From a virus, in IMG/VR virus record IMGVR_UViG_3300024263_000001, positions 1 through 64,000 of that record: a DNA stretch of 64,000 nucleotides, one strand, 5' to 3'. How positions within the stretch are numbered: position 1 is the first letter of the stretch; every line of letters starts with the position of its first letter. Positions 9,303-18,774 of the stretch are shown in pieces. A program made the translations under genes and the position numbers. The notes below the pieces were generated by a model, which saw nothing but the letters and a program-made list of their open reading frames with translations, searched no databases and was not told the origin of the DNA.

Positions 9303-12300
9303 ATGCCAGAAATGAGTGTTGGTGATCTTGCCAAGTTAAGACAAATGCGACAATGGTCTCATATTTTTATGGTCGTGCATAAACCGAATACAATGTTCAC
9401 GGGGACGATAGACTCACCTGACATTGCCAAGGGGGAACGTTTTATTCCATTTGATAATGGTGGTCATTGCCTGGGGTATAATTCAACAATTTTTGTATTG
9501 GATACTTTCACTGATGGCAATGGTACTTCGCTTGATGCTCATACACCAGATATTGATGTAGTGGGGGGTGGGTGGGCGGAGTTACAGGGGAATTCAGATA
9601 TTCAAGGTAATGAGGCAAATATTCAAGGGGTTCCTGCTCTAAATGCGATAGATTCAGGCATTTCTGATGGAGTTGTAGCAATAGATGTGACAACTGCCCC
9701 ACCAGCCCCCGCCGCCCAGATGGGTCTTGCTTTTCGCTGTCGAGATGCGAATAATTTTTGGTTCTGGGTTGTTGATTTAAATACTGGTGGGGCTGAATTG
9801 GCATATTATCAGGGTGGTGTGTATCATTCTGTTTGGACTTCACTTATCGGGATAGAGGCTAATCATACTTATAACCTAGCGGTCAAACTCAGGGAGCATT
9901 CCATTGATTGCTATATTGATGGTGTGTGGTATACATCGACAGCCAATAGTTTCAACAAAACCGAGACTGAACATGGAATGTATTGTGGACAGATTGGTAT
10001 CCGCTTCGACAATTTCGAGGTGTTTGAGATTCACTTTGATGACCGTCATACTACCCTTTGGGTTGGGTCTTACGCTGGTGGAAGGGATATTGGAATTATT
10101 AGAGTTAGAAACATTATTGTTTCTTGGCCTTATTCTGGCTTCATTGAGGTTGCAGAGAACGCTGATATTCTCTGGGCGGATAATCTTTATTTAACTGTTA
10201 AAGATGAACATAGAATCTGGCCCAGGTTTCCGAGAGTTGAAGTTGAAGAGGGTGAAGTTACTTGGTGGAAAGATTATAATATTGCTCATACCAATCAGAC
10301 TTACCAAGAACCTCCAGTCCCTATTATGGGACCTCCTGCTTGCGCTTTTCTGGACGAGGCTACAGATCAGGTTACTCTTCGCTTTTGGGGCGAGGATAGC
10401 TACTCCCCCAGAGAAACTCCTCTTGCTACTGGTACGTGGACTTTCCCTCATGGTACTCCCGCAACCGCTAATACCTTGGGGACAGAGGTGGCCCCTCATC
10501 AAGTGACGTGGGATACTCCTGGGGTTTATATGGTTCGGCTTGCTATTACTGATGCTAATGAGGAGGTTTCTTATGGTTATCGCCCCGTATTCATTTTAGA
10601 CCATGCAGAATGTTCTAGTGGCCTTTATCCAGCAGATGACCTTTTCCCAGCAGAAGATCTCTATCCGATGGGTAATCTTTATTGTTCAACTATGGATGCC
10701 CAGGATTTTGAAATTCGTGGGATACGAGGTAATTTCTCTACTGGTGGGTGGACAGCAAGTATCAGGGTTTTTAGACAGGCAGATGTAGAAGATTTCCCTG
10801 AAGGGGCCATGTTAATTATCTTTGCGGAGGATTGGTATGAAGGAGAACAAGTAAGCATAGGAGGGTATGGCCATCGGGAGAATATTGTTTTCGTGGGTTG
10901 GATAATAGCCGATTCTGTTCGCAAGGAGCCCATGACTGGGGAAATCACATTCTTGGCCCATACTGTGGACGGAGAACTGCGAAATTGTCCAGCGTTTTCT
11001 GTGGGGGTGGAAAGGGTAACAGATACACCAGATAATTGGTTTGAAATCCAAGACATGACTCTAGACTTATCAGGATTTTATATTGGATATTGGCATTCCA
11101 CGCTTTATGAAGTGAGTGATGTTCTTGAAAGTGAGGATACCAGAGCAGTTAAATATATGGACATTCCCCAGTCCAACCTTTATAACCAATTAGATAAAGG
11201 CAATTTCGCCGAAACGATTTTTGCTCGCGCTCTCTCTGATCGCCAATCGAGATTCAAGTATGACGTTAATCCTCAATACCTGGTAGCATCCAAACGAGAT
11301 GCACTAGATACAATTATGACTATCCAGGATGAGGACTGGCTAGGAAGGGTAGAAATACAAGAAATTCAGGAGAAACGAATCTCTTGGGTGGATGTATCGG
11401 GGGTAAGAGTTGCTCCTTGGGAGAGGAGTTATGGTGTTTATTCTATAGCTCCAGGGGATGTACCCTCTCCTGATGGTGCTTTCAAACAACTTACCAGGCT
11501 AGTGGCGGATGACCAAGCCGATATGAATAGATTGGCGGGGTTTACCTATGCTAATCTGAATAAGATGCACCCCCAACGAACAAGCGGGCTTTTCCGTGTT
11601 AGAGTGCCTCTCATGGGGAATTATCGAGTCTTTGATTTACATCCCCAGGAATGGGTCTTATTTCCTTCTCTTGATACTATGCGAGAAGGGTTAGGACCTG
11701 GACACGAGACGGGAACTCCCTGGCCTACTGGAACGCGATTTATTCCTAGAAATATAGACATTGGATTCCAGAATGAACTTGGCGCTTTCATGGTTACTGC
11801 GGATTTGGAGCCTGAAACAACAGGCACTTTGGGGGAATCTGTAACTTGGCCTGGGCAACCAGGGACGGGGGGGCAAGCAGCCATTGTGTTACAAATGACA
11901 CAAAACCTGAATGGTACTGGGGACGATATTGATGTAGTTTTCATTAGTGAGGATCTCTTTGCTGATAGTCCTACGTGGGCACAGAGACATAATGGGTTGC
12001 CCTGGTTTCCAGTCGCGGGGGCTAATTTTGATGTTAATACTTTGAGGATTGACCCCTTTAATTCAGGTAAGGATGATGGAGACATTGTAGCACTTCTTGG
12101 TCTTCGCACTTCTGCTAATACTTATGCAGGCATCTATCGCAATGCTGATTTAGGAGATGGTAGTGTCTCTTGGGTGGCAGTATTGACGGGTGCTAATGTG
12201 CTAGCTCAATGTTATGCTGGTGCGGGAACTATCAATGACTGGCATGTTATTGATATAAGATTTGACCCCACAACTGAAGGATGGGCCTATGCCGTGTTAT

Positions 12301-13679
12301 GGGTTGACCATTCTGGTGATGCGGGACAAGGAAAAATCTGGGGTTTCGAGACGTTTGATCACGGGCTAACCTGGACTATGGTAGTTGATATAAGCGTTTC
12401 AAGCGGCGGGGCGAGTAACGATATTTATAATGAGCGAGAGAATCTTGAAATTATGGCCCCCATAGACCCTAATTATATGTACTTAAAGATCAAACGGGGG
12501 GCTAACCACTACTGGCTTAGGTCTGTCAATAAGGGTATGACCTGGGCTGTAAGGGCGGGAGGCCCTGGTACGAATGACATAAGCCTGCAACCAGGGCAAG
12601 GGAGTGATGATGCCTACTATGACCCCGCTGGGAGTGGTTGGTCTCTCACCTACCTCAGCCAAATGGGGATGGATCTTCCTGGTAATAAATATTCTTTTGG
12701 TATTCGATTCCCTAACGCTGGTCTTACACAAGGAGCCACAATTAACTCCGCTGTTTGTCATATCAAAGCATTTCCAACTGGACAAATTGCTAATGCACTA
12801 ACCGTCCGAATTAGAGGAGTTGAGGAAGAGTTTTTGCCAACATTTACCACACGAGGGGCGTGGGACGCTTGGGGACGAACCGCCGCTTTCGTAGACTGGT
12901 CTCCGCCCAACTGGGCTCCTGGGGTTGTTTATGACACCCCCGATTTAACTGCAATTATTCAAGAACTTGTCAACCAAGCAGGCTGGGACTCTACTTGTGC
13001 AATTGCCCTAGACTTTAAATTAACTGTAAGTCCAATGGTTGTAATGCGAGTGGCTTATCACTATGAGAGTGTTCCCGCTGATACTCCCATTTTAGACATT
13101 AACTATGATTATGCTACTGTAACTGAAGGCCCAAGTAGACCAGTCGCACTTGACCCTATCCACGACAGGGAAACTGTGGGGGTCTACTGGTATCAAGCTC
13201 CCCCCGAAGCCGAAAGGACGGTGGATGGTTTTGGAAGCACTTATAGTTGGTTTGGCCCTCTGGGTGCAGGGGATGGGCCAGTATCGGGATTGGTGGCTCT
13301 CGGTGCTCATAGCCCGCTCGTTTATATTACGACAGTAGAAGGTGTAGATAATAATCCTGGCCCACAGACATTCCAATCTTATCTCTATGTTAGCCAGGAT
13401 GGAGAAAACTGGGGGGCTCAGATTCTACTTCCCTGTGCAATTGCTCAATCCTTCGACGCTTGGCCTTGGATGATAAGCGGCGAGACACTAATGTATCTGG
13501 GTAATAGAACAGGTGACTCTGTTGGTACTGTGGATCATGTCCCGCTTCAGTTCTGGATATCAGAACTAACTGGAGAAGAAAGTTCCTGGATAGATAAGAC
13601 TGGGAATCTCATTGACCTTTTGGTTGCCTTGAACCGAGGGTATGATCGTCTCAAGAGAATCAGACCCCTCTACCTGTAA
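9303..13679 (+). CDS. Large tail-tip/hub protein with inserted carbohydrate-binding domains
   Basis: 1458 aa after Dit; ConA/LamG-like segment, PKD-like 'TWDTPGVYMVRLAITD', LYP repeats, Asp-box motifs (TFDHGLTW, SVNKGMTW, SQDGENW). Confidence 0.75.
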   Translation: MPEMSVGDLAKLRQMRQWSHIFMVVHKPNTMFTGTIDSPDIAKGERFIPFDNGGHCLGYNSTIFVLDTFTDGNGTSLDAHTPDIDVVGGGWAELQGNSDIQGNEANIQGVPALNAIDSGISDGVVAIDVTTAPPAPAAQMGLAFRCRDANNFWFWVVDLNTGGAELAYYQGGVYHSVWTSLIGIEANHTYNLAVKLREHSIDCYIDGVWYTSTANSFNKTETEHGMYCGQIGIRFDNFEVFEIHFDDRHTTLWVGSYAGGRDIGIIRVRNIIVSWPYSGFIEVAENADILWADNLYLTVKDEHRIWPRFPRVEVEEGEVTWWKDYNIAHTNQTYQEPPVPIMGPPACAFLDEATDQVTLRFWGEDSYSPRETPLATGTWTFPHGTPATANTLGTEVAPHQVTWDTPGVYMVRLAITDANEEVSYGYRPVFILDHAECSSGLYPADDLFPAEDLYPMGNLYCSTMDAQDFEIRGIRGNFSTGGWTASIRVFRQADVEDFPEGAMLIIFAEDWYEGEQVSIGGYGHRENIVFVGWIIADSVRKEPMTGEITFLAHTVDGELRNCPAFSVGVERVTDTPDNWFEIQDMTLDLSGFYIGYWHSTLYEVSDVLESEDTRAVKYMDIPQSNLYNQLDKGNFAETIFARALSDRQSRFKYDVNPQYLVASKRDALDTIMTIQDEDWLGRVEIQEIQEKRISWVDVSGVRVAPWERSYGVYSIAPGDVPSPDGAFKQLTRLVADDQADMNRLAGFTYANLNKMHPQRTSGLFRVRVPLMGNYRVFDLHPQEWVLFPSLDTMREGLGPGHETGTPWPTGTRFIPRNIDIGFQNELGAFMVTADLEPETTGTLGESVTWPGQPGTGGQAAIVLQMTQNLNGTGDDIDVVFISEDLFADSPTWAQRHNGLPWFPVAGANFDVNTLRIDPFNSGKDDGDIVALLGLRTSANTYAGIYRNADLGDGSVSWVAVLTGANVLAQCYAGAGTINDWHVIDIRFDPTTEGWAYAVLWVDHSGDAGQGKIWGFETFDHGLTWTMVVDISVSSGGASNDIYNERENLEIMAPIDPNYMYLKIKRGANHYWLRSVNKGMTWAVRAGGPGTNDISLQPGQGSDDAYYDPAGSGWSLTYLSQMGMDLPGNKYSFGIRFPNAGLTQGATINSAVCHIKAFPTGQIANALTVRIRGVEEEFLPTFTTRGAWDAWGRTAAFVDWSPPNWAPGVVYDTPDLTAIIQELVNQAGWDSTCAIALDFKLTVSPMVVMRVAYHYESVPADTPILDINYDYATVTEGPSRPVALDPIHDRETVGVYWYQAPPEAERTVDGFGSTYSWFGPLGAGDGPVSGLVALGAHSPLVYITTVEGVDNNPGPQTFQSYLYVSQDGENWGAQILLPCAIAQSFDAWPWMISGETLMYLGNRTGDSVGTVDHVPLQFWISELTGEESSWIDKTGNLIDLLVALNRGYDRLKRIRPLYL

Positions 13680-13691
13680 GGAGAAATAAAA

Positions 13692-13958
13692 GTGGGCGAA
13701 AGAGAGAAGGTCGTACGGCTTCTACGGAGGGGGTTAGCCCCCGCATTTAAGGCCGTTCTGGGGCGCGGAGACGGTGTTGTGGCCGTTCCTGGTAGGCCAG
13801 GGTATGTATGGTGTCGCAAATTGGGGAGAACTGAACTTCTGATAATAGCTTATAACAGGAGTGGTTCTACTAGTGAGGGAACAACTGTTCTTGTTAAAGA
13901 AACTACTCTTGAAGGAGCCACAGGATATGAAGTTATTGATTTATTTGTGGCCGCATGA
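13692..13958 (+). CDS. Small tail-tip/baseplate-associated protein
   Basis: AAGGAG RBS; position between hub and fibre genes. Confidence 0.55.
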   Translation: MGEREKVVRLLRRGLAPAFKAVLGRGDGVVAVPGRPGYVWCRKLGRTELLIIAYNRSGSTSEGTTVLVKETTLEGATGYEVIDLFVAA

Positions 13959-13978
13959 TATAATGAGGAGAGAATATT

Positions 13979-14464
13979 ATGCCCTATCCACGAACCGATT
14001 GGACAAACTTAGTACCTCCACCTCTTAGTGCAACCAACCTGGATAAGATAGAGGCTGGAATCTATCATGCCCTTGCCCATTCTGGTGGAATTAGAAACAC
14101 GGCGGAATTTTTAGATGAGAACCCTGGTTCCACAACAGGAGGGCTTGCAGAAGCAATAGCCGATCTTGGAGGTTCCCCTGGTGTTGTTTTTGTAGCTCCC
14201 CACAACCATCCGATAGATGTTAATTATGCTGTTCCCGCAACTGTGCATCTCATGGTAGGTAGGGGGGGAACTTTTACTATCGCCAATGGAGTAACTCTCA
14301 CCATCAACGGCACGATTGAGGCGGGGCTGTATCAGATATTTAGTCTCGTTGGAACTGGAACTGTAGTGTTTGGAACTGGGGTGATTACAGAAGTGTATCC
14401 CGAATGGTGGGGGGCCACCGCATCCGCTGGGCTCCAAGAGGGATATGATGCCTTACCAATATAG
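13979..14464 (+). CDS. Tail fibre/tailspike N-terminal anchor module
   Basis: 'W....PLSATNLDKIEAGI' fibre anchor; ends just after 'YPEWWGA'. Confidence 0.65.
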   Translation: MPYPRTDWTNLVPPPLSATNLDKIEAGIYHALAHSGGIRNTAEFLDENPGSTTGGLAEAIADLGGSPGVVFVAPHNHPIDVNYAVPATVHLMVGRGGTFTIANGVTLTINGTIEAGLYQIFSLVGTGTVVFGTGVITEVYPEWWGATASAGLQEGYDALPI

Positions 14465-14472
14465 GATGTGAC

Positions 14473-16164
14473 ATGCTCTTAAAATTCAGTAGACCCAAAA
14501 AGATATACCTTATACCAGCCGATATGCCTTTGTCGTGGTTCGCCAAGTTGCATGGGATGTTGCGGGGCAAATATTACATCAAATGTGATGGGGTTCGTGA
14601 CGATGTGTTCTTTAACGAGGCTTATGAGTTTCTTCCCAAGAATCCAGGTGGCGAACTTAACTTGCAGGAAGGGGAATTCCAATTCTCAATCGTTGGTAGC
14701 GCAACTGCTCCCTCGTATTCAACGACTAGAGGCAGTGGCCCCAACGCAACCGTGCGGAGGCCCAATAACAGCACTTATAATGGGCCGCTTATCAAAACCG
14801 CCGATGGTGCAACTGGCGTCATCTTCGAGAAATTCTTGCTAGACGGGAATTGCTTGAATCAAGACAGGGTGGCTTTTCCTAATCAGGGCAACCTTCGGTT
14901 TGTAAATGCCACCGATAGTAAGGCTGTAGGGGTTTTCTCTATCGCGGGGACGAACTATGGAATATATCTTAGCGGTTCTGTGGGTTGCGAGGTTTTACAT
15001 TGTGTTGGCCATGACCACGCTGGAGATTTTGGGGCGAGTGGTGCCCCAGGTATGTTCATAGGCGTCCATCGTGGGTCAGATAATGTCATCGCCAATAATA
15101 TCTGTCGAGACAACGAGGATGATGGCATTGCCATATCGGAATCGAAGCGATTTACCGTTGCCAACAATGTCTGTTTCGGCTCGACAGTTGCCAGTGGGAT
15201 CGAGGTTTATTGCGGCGACCTGAATTACGAGGCTGCCGACGGTGTAATTGAGGGGAACGATTGCTACGACAATGCAAGGGCTGGGATAGAACTTCTTCAC
15301 GGCGGGACAGCCCTATATGATAGTATTCATGGGCTTACAATATCGGGCAATACTCTTGTAAATAATGGCACGCACGGCCTCTGGGCCAGGGGGGTAAAAC
15401 TTACCATTGCCAAGAATGTAGTAGCGGCTAACGTAGACAATGGCATCTGCCTTTTCAACTGCGAAGACACGCCGGTTGAGGGGAATGTCGTGTACGACAA
15501 TAACACGGGCAACACGGCGGGGTATTCGGGCATTTTTCAATATACCGTTGGCATAACTATATACCGCGTAAGCATTCAAGGAAACACGATCACCAACGCG
15601 GCGCCTGGCCGTCAGAAATACGGCATAAATATCGCCGATGCTGGTTGTGCGGACACCGTGATCGGCCCCAATACTTTTAATGGGAACGAAACCGCGCCTA
15701 TCAATGATGCTGGCACGCGGACGAAATTTGTTCCGACGGGCCAATGTGCTCGAGTTTACCACGATGCTGACCAATTGATTGCCAATGGTGCCTGGACGGT
15801 TCTGAATTTTAATTCAGAACGGTTTGATAACGACGACATTCATGATACTGTCGTTAATAATAATAGGTTGACTTGCAAAACTGCTGGGATATATGAGATT
15901 ACTGCCCAAGTTCAGTTTGCAACCAATGGGGCCGGGGAGCGGTTCTATATGATTCGACTTAATGGCGCAATTGTAATAGCAGATACCAAGCATAAAGCGA
16001 TATCAACTGTTGCTACTCAGACTGGGATGACCCTTACGACACTGTATCAATTATCAGTCAATGATTGGGTAGAGGTATTAGTCTATCAAAACAGTGGTGG
16101 CGCACTTAATGTTGTAACGCTGGCTAACTATAGTCCAGAATTCATGATGGTAAGGGCAGCATGA
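14473..16164 (+). CDS. Tailspike/depolymerase-like right-handed beta-helix protein with C1q-like C-terminal domain
   Basis: 'CDG..D...N.A' start, many 'I.NN....N...GI' beta-helix turns, C-terminal 'TAGIYEITAQV...L...DWVEV'. Confidence 0.8.
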   Translation: MLLKFSRPKKIYLIPADMPLSWFAKLHGMLRGKYYIKCDGVRDDVFFNEAYEFLPKNPGGELNLQEGEFQFSIVGSATAPSYSTTRGSGPNATVRRPNNSTYNGPLIKTADGATGVIFEKFLLDGNCLNQDRVAFPNQGNLRFVNATDSKAVGVFSIAGTNYGIYLSGSVGCEVLHCVGHDHAGDFGASGAPGMFIGVHRGSDNVIANNICRDNEDDGIAISESKRFTVANNVCFGSTVASGIEVYCGDLNYEAADGVIEGNDCYDNARAGIELLHGGTALYDSIHGLTISGNTLVNNGTHGLWARGVKLTIAKNVVAANVDNGICLFNCEDTPVEGNVVYDNNTGNTAGYSGIFQYTVGITIYRVSIQGNTITNAAPGRQKYGINIADAGCADTVIGPNTFNGNETAPINDAGTRTKFVPTGQCARVYHDADQLIANGAWTVLNFNSERFDNDDIHDTVVNNNRLTCKTAGIYEITAQVQFATNGAGERFYMIRLNGAIVIADTKHKAISTVATQTGMTLTTLYQLSVNDWVEVLVYQNSGGALNVVTLANYSPEFMMVRAA

Positions 16165-16238
16165 CTTTCAAAGAAGACATCGAAGAGGGATGAACAATGA
16201 GCAAATATAGCAAAATGATAGTCAGGATAGACGATTAG

Positions 16239-16468
16239 ATGGATGAAACGAAGATTCACCAAGACTGTATCATAGTGAGGATTTCAAAGCGGGACATAAC
16301 GTCATAATAGATGAGGGATGCGTCATAGGAAATAACGTGATGATTGATTCCAATTCCTGCTTGGCCAGAAGAACGATAGTGGGAGATGGGACTTTCAAGA
16401 AAGACACCAAAGGGAGAAACCTTAAAATTTGTAATTACTGCTTGCAATTCCTTTTCATTGTGGTATAA
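16239..16468 (+). pseudogene. Frameshifted, truncated hexapeptide-repeat acyltransferase remnant
   Basis: MDETKIHQDCII, then in another frame EDFKAGHNVIIDEGCVIGNNVMIDSNSCLARRTIVGDGT. Confidence 0.6.
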
Positions 16469-16469
16469 T
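16418..16469 (+). promoter_or_regulatory. Promoter with upstream AACCTTAAAATT box (lysis genes)
   Basis: Box 16418-16429, 12 nt, TTGCAA 16442-16447, 16 nt, TATAAT 16464-16469 with TG extension. Confidence 0.75.
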
Positions 16470-16489
16470 AGTACCTGGAGAACAACCTC

Positions 16490-16723
16490 GTGAGGAACGA
16501 AGAAGTCGTTAAACTAATCCAAGAGTATCACGAGACACGTATTGAGAACCTGGAAGGCCATGTTGATACCTTAAACAAAGAAGTGGGTAGAATTGACGGT
16601 AAGATTGATGGGTTATGTAAAGTAATTGATAACAATAACTTCTGGCTCAAGGTAATTGGCATTGGCACACCAGGAACTACATTTGTGTTGTGGATAATAA
16701 TCCAGTTGATGGAAAGATATTAG
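16490..16723 (+). CDS. XhlA-like coiled-coil protein with C-terminal TM segment (holin-associated)
   Basis: Coiled coil followed by one hydrophobic helix; start of lysis region. Confidence 0.55.
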   Translation: MRNEEVVKLIQEYHETRIENLEGHVDTLNKEVGRIDGKIDGLCKVIDNNNFWLKVIGIGTPGTTFVLWIIIQLMERY

Positions 16724-16733
16724 GAGGAAAAAT

Positions 16734-17636
16734 TTGGTTCGACACACTCCCGTAAGAGGTGTCGTTTTCTCAGATACCCATTGCGGAAGCATTCTTGGCT
16801 TATTGCCGCCCTCCTACAAAGTCCCCGATCCGCAGTCCCTCAATCTCAATGACGCCGAATATGAACATATCTGTCGACGAACCTTGTTAAATAAAGGTCA
16901 AGCCTATCTCTGGAAGTGCTGGGAAGATGAATGGGATTGGCTACCAGAGAAGAAATTAAACTTTGCTGTCCTCAATGGAGATGGTCTTCAGGGACCAGCA
17001 AAGAGAAATTCCAACGGTCTCTTTGGCCTTGTAAGCCCTAGACCTAGTGTGCAGGCTTCAATCCTAGAACAAGTAATTGTTCCTATCAGACATCGTTTTG
17101 AGGATTTCCATATTGTCGCTGGGACTGAATGGCACGAGGGCGAGTACGGTGAATGGTTAGCCCAACTAGCAGAGAAAACAACTATAGATGCAACGCCCTA
17201 CCCATCTGGAAGGCTCGTGGAGGATATGTTATTCCTAGATTGGGAGGGTGTCCTTTTAGATATTGGGCATGATATCTCTTACTTTATGATTTATCGAGGG
17301 ACTCCCCTCGAACGAGAGATGAACTTCGCTCGCATAGATGAAGCTCTCGTGGAGGGAGCCCCAGACGCTATTATCAGAAGTCACATCCACACTTGGAACC
17401 TCTACAGAAATAGACATGGATGGTCACTTACAACCCCAGGACACATGCTTTCCATTAGACATGCTAGGAAGAGAACTAAAGCAAGAGGCCGAATAAACGA
17501 CATTGGTCTGGTTTACCTTGAGATATACCCAGAGTTAAAGGGGAAGGAAGATGATTATATAGTTGTGAAAGTGCGTAGATATAACCATCCCAAATACAAA
17601 GCAATAAGGAGGGAAAGGGAGGTACCTCGTGGTTAA
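16734..17636 (+). CDS. Calcineurin-like metallophosphoesterase
   Basis: SDTHCG, NGDG, GTEWH, H-D and RSHIH motifs. Confidence 0.8.
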   Translation: MVRHTPVRGVVFSDTHCGSILGLLPPSYKVPDPQSLNLNDAEYEHICRRTLLNKGQAYLWKCWEDEWDWLPEKKLNFAVLNGDGLQGPAKRNSNGLFGLVSPRPSVQASILEQVIVPIRHRFEDFHIVAGTEWHEGEYGEWLAQLAEKTTIDATPYPSGRLVEDMLFLDWEGVLLDIGHDISYFMIYRGTPLEREMNFARIDEALVEGAPDAIIRSHIHTWNLYRNRHGWSLTTPGHMLSIRHARKRTKARGRINDIGLVYLEIYPELKGKEDDYIVVKVRRYNHPKYKAIRREREVPRG

Positions 17637-17901
17637 ACCACAACCTGACTTTGCTCTTGATGAACTCGTTAAAACGCTTGAGGAATTGACAGAGGAGGAA
17701 GAAGACAGTCAAGGATTCTTCACTACTACAGAGATTTGTGAGAAAATGGGATATGGACGGGAAAAGGTTAGATGGTTATGGAATAAAGCGAGAAAGGAGG
17801 GAAGATTGGTAATAGGATCAAAGAGAGTTCGATTTATAGACAATAGAGTATGTGATATAACCGCTTATAAAATAAAACCTAAAGAGGAGGAAAGGAAATG
17901 A
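17629..17901 (+). CDS. Small HTH-like protein
   Basis: 'FTTTEICEKMGYGREKVR'. Confidence 0.55.
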   Translation: MVKPQPDFALDELVKTLEELTEEEEDSQGFFTTTEICEKMGYGREKVRWLWNKARKEGRLVIGSKRVRFIDNRVCDITAYKIKPKEEERK

Positions 17902-18161
17902 GTAGCGATCTGGTTATCTTTGGTGTTGCAGTCCCAGTCCTAATCATGGCACTTGTGCAATTTGCCAAGATTCTGGGCCTAGAGGACGATAAGAAAAAGG
18001 CTGTGTTGTCTGTTGGGTTGGGAGCCGTAATTGGGTTAGGGGCATATCTCCTATCCATTTTCCCAGAAGCCAAGCCGTTGGTGGAATCCATATTCTGGGG
18101 TCTCATCGCTGGGTTGACCGCAGGCGGACTCTATACTGCCCAAAAAGTTTTACGAAGTTAA
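17898..18161 (+). CDS. Holin
   Basis: Three hydrophobic segments; 'GLIAGLTAGGLY...K' holin C-terminus. Confidence 0.8.
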   Translation: MSSDLVIFGVAVPVLIMALVQFAKILGLEDDKKKAVLSVGLGAVIGLGAYLLSIFPEAKPLVESIFWGLIAGLTAGGLYTAQKVLRS

Positions 18162-18176
18162 TCCACCGAGACCGAA

Positions 18177-18671
18177 ATGGAAAGTTTGCCCGAATATGAA
18201 GATGCAGAATGGTTGCGTCAGAAATACTGGGGTGAAGAATTAACTCTTGCACAAATGGCAACCATTGTCGGCGTTGATCCCAACACCGTTCTAAACTGGA
18301 TGATTAAACATAATATCTCTAGGCGTTCAAAAAGTGAGGGGCGGCGGGGCGACAAAAACTCAAACTGGAAAGGCGGACGACGGAAGAGCCAAGGTTATAT
18401 TCTCATCTACGCTCCAGATCATGTCAACTCAGATAAGAGAAATTACATTCTTGAACATCGCTTGGTTATGGCAAATCATCTGGGTCGCCCCCTGGAATCC
18501 TGGGAGATTGTGCATCACAAGAACGGGATCAAGGACGATAATAGAATTGAGAACCTAGTGCTATTGCCCCAGCAAGCGGAGCACCGAAGTCTACAAGCAC
18601 TTGCAGTAGAAAATCGCAGATTGCAATCGGCTCTCAATTGGTTCATAGCTTTATGGTTATTTAACCATTAA
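18177..18671 (+). CDS. HNH homing endonuclease with N-terminal HTH
   Basis: 'WLRQKYW..LTLAQMA..GV...TV.NW' HTH and the shared HNH core. Confidence 0.9.
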   Translation: MESLPEYEDAEWLRQKYWGEELTLAQMATIVGVDPNTVLNWMIKHNISRRSKSEGRRGDKNSNWKGGRRKSQGYILIYAPDHVNSDKRNYILEHRLVMANHLGRPLESWEIVHHKNGIKDDNRIENLVLLPQQAEHRSLQALAVENRRLQSALNWFIALWLFNH

Positions 18672-18714
18672 CTTGGTGGCCTTCGGGTCATCGTGGTTCA
18701 CCTCCTTTTTGTCG

Positions 18715-18756
18715 CAAAGAACCCTCTCATTATCTAATTATCAGGAGGGTTCTTTG
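18715..18756. terminator. Probable bidirectional terminator between convergent operons
   Basis: 12-bp inverted repeat CAAAGAACCCTC / GAGGGTTCTTTG between converging genes. Confidence 0.7.
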
Positions 18757-18774
18757 TTTACTATAAGTATTGAA

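Noticed and set aside
9303-16164. Diversity-generating retroelement acting on tail genes
   Set aside because: No reverse transcriptase and no template/variable repeat pair seen in the window
18698-18708. 16S rRNA 3'-end fragment (TCACCTCCTTT)
   Set aside because: Only the anti-SD matches; no surrounding rRNA sequence
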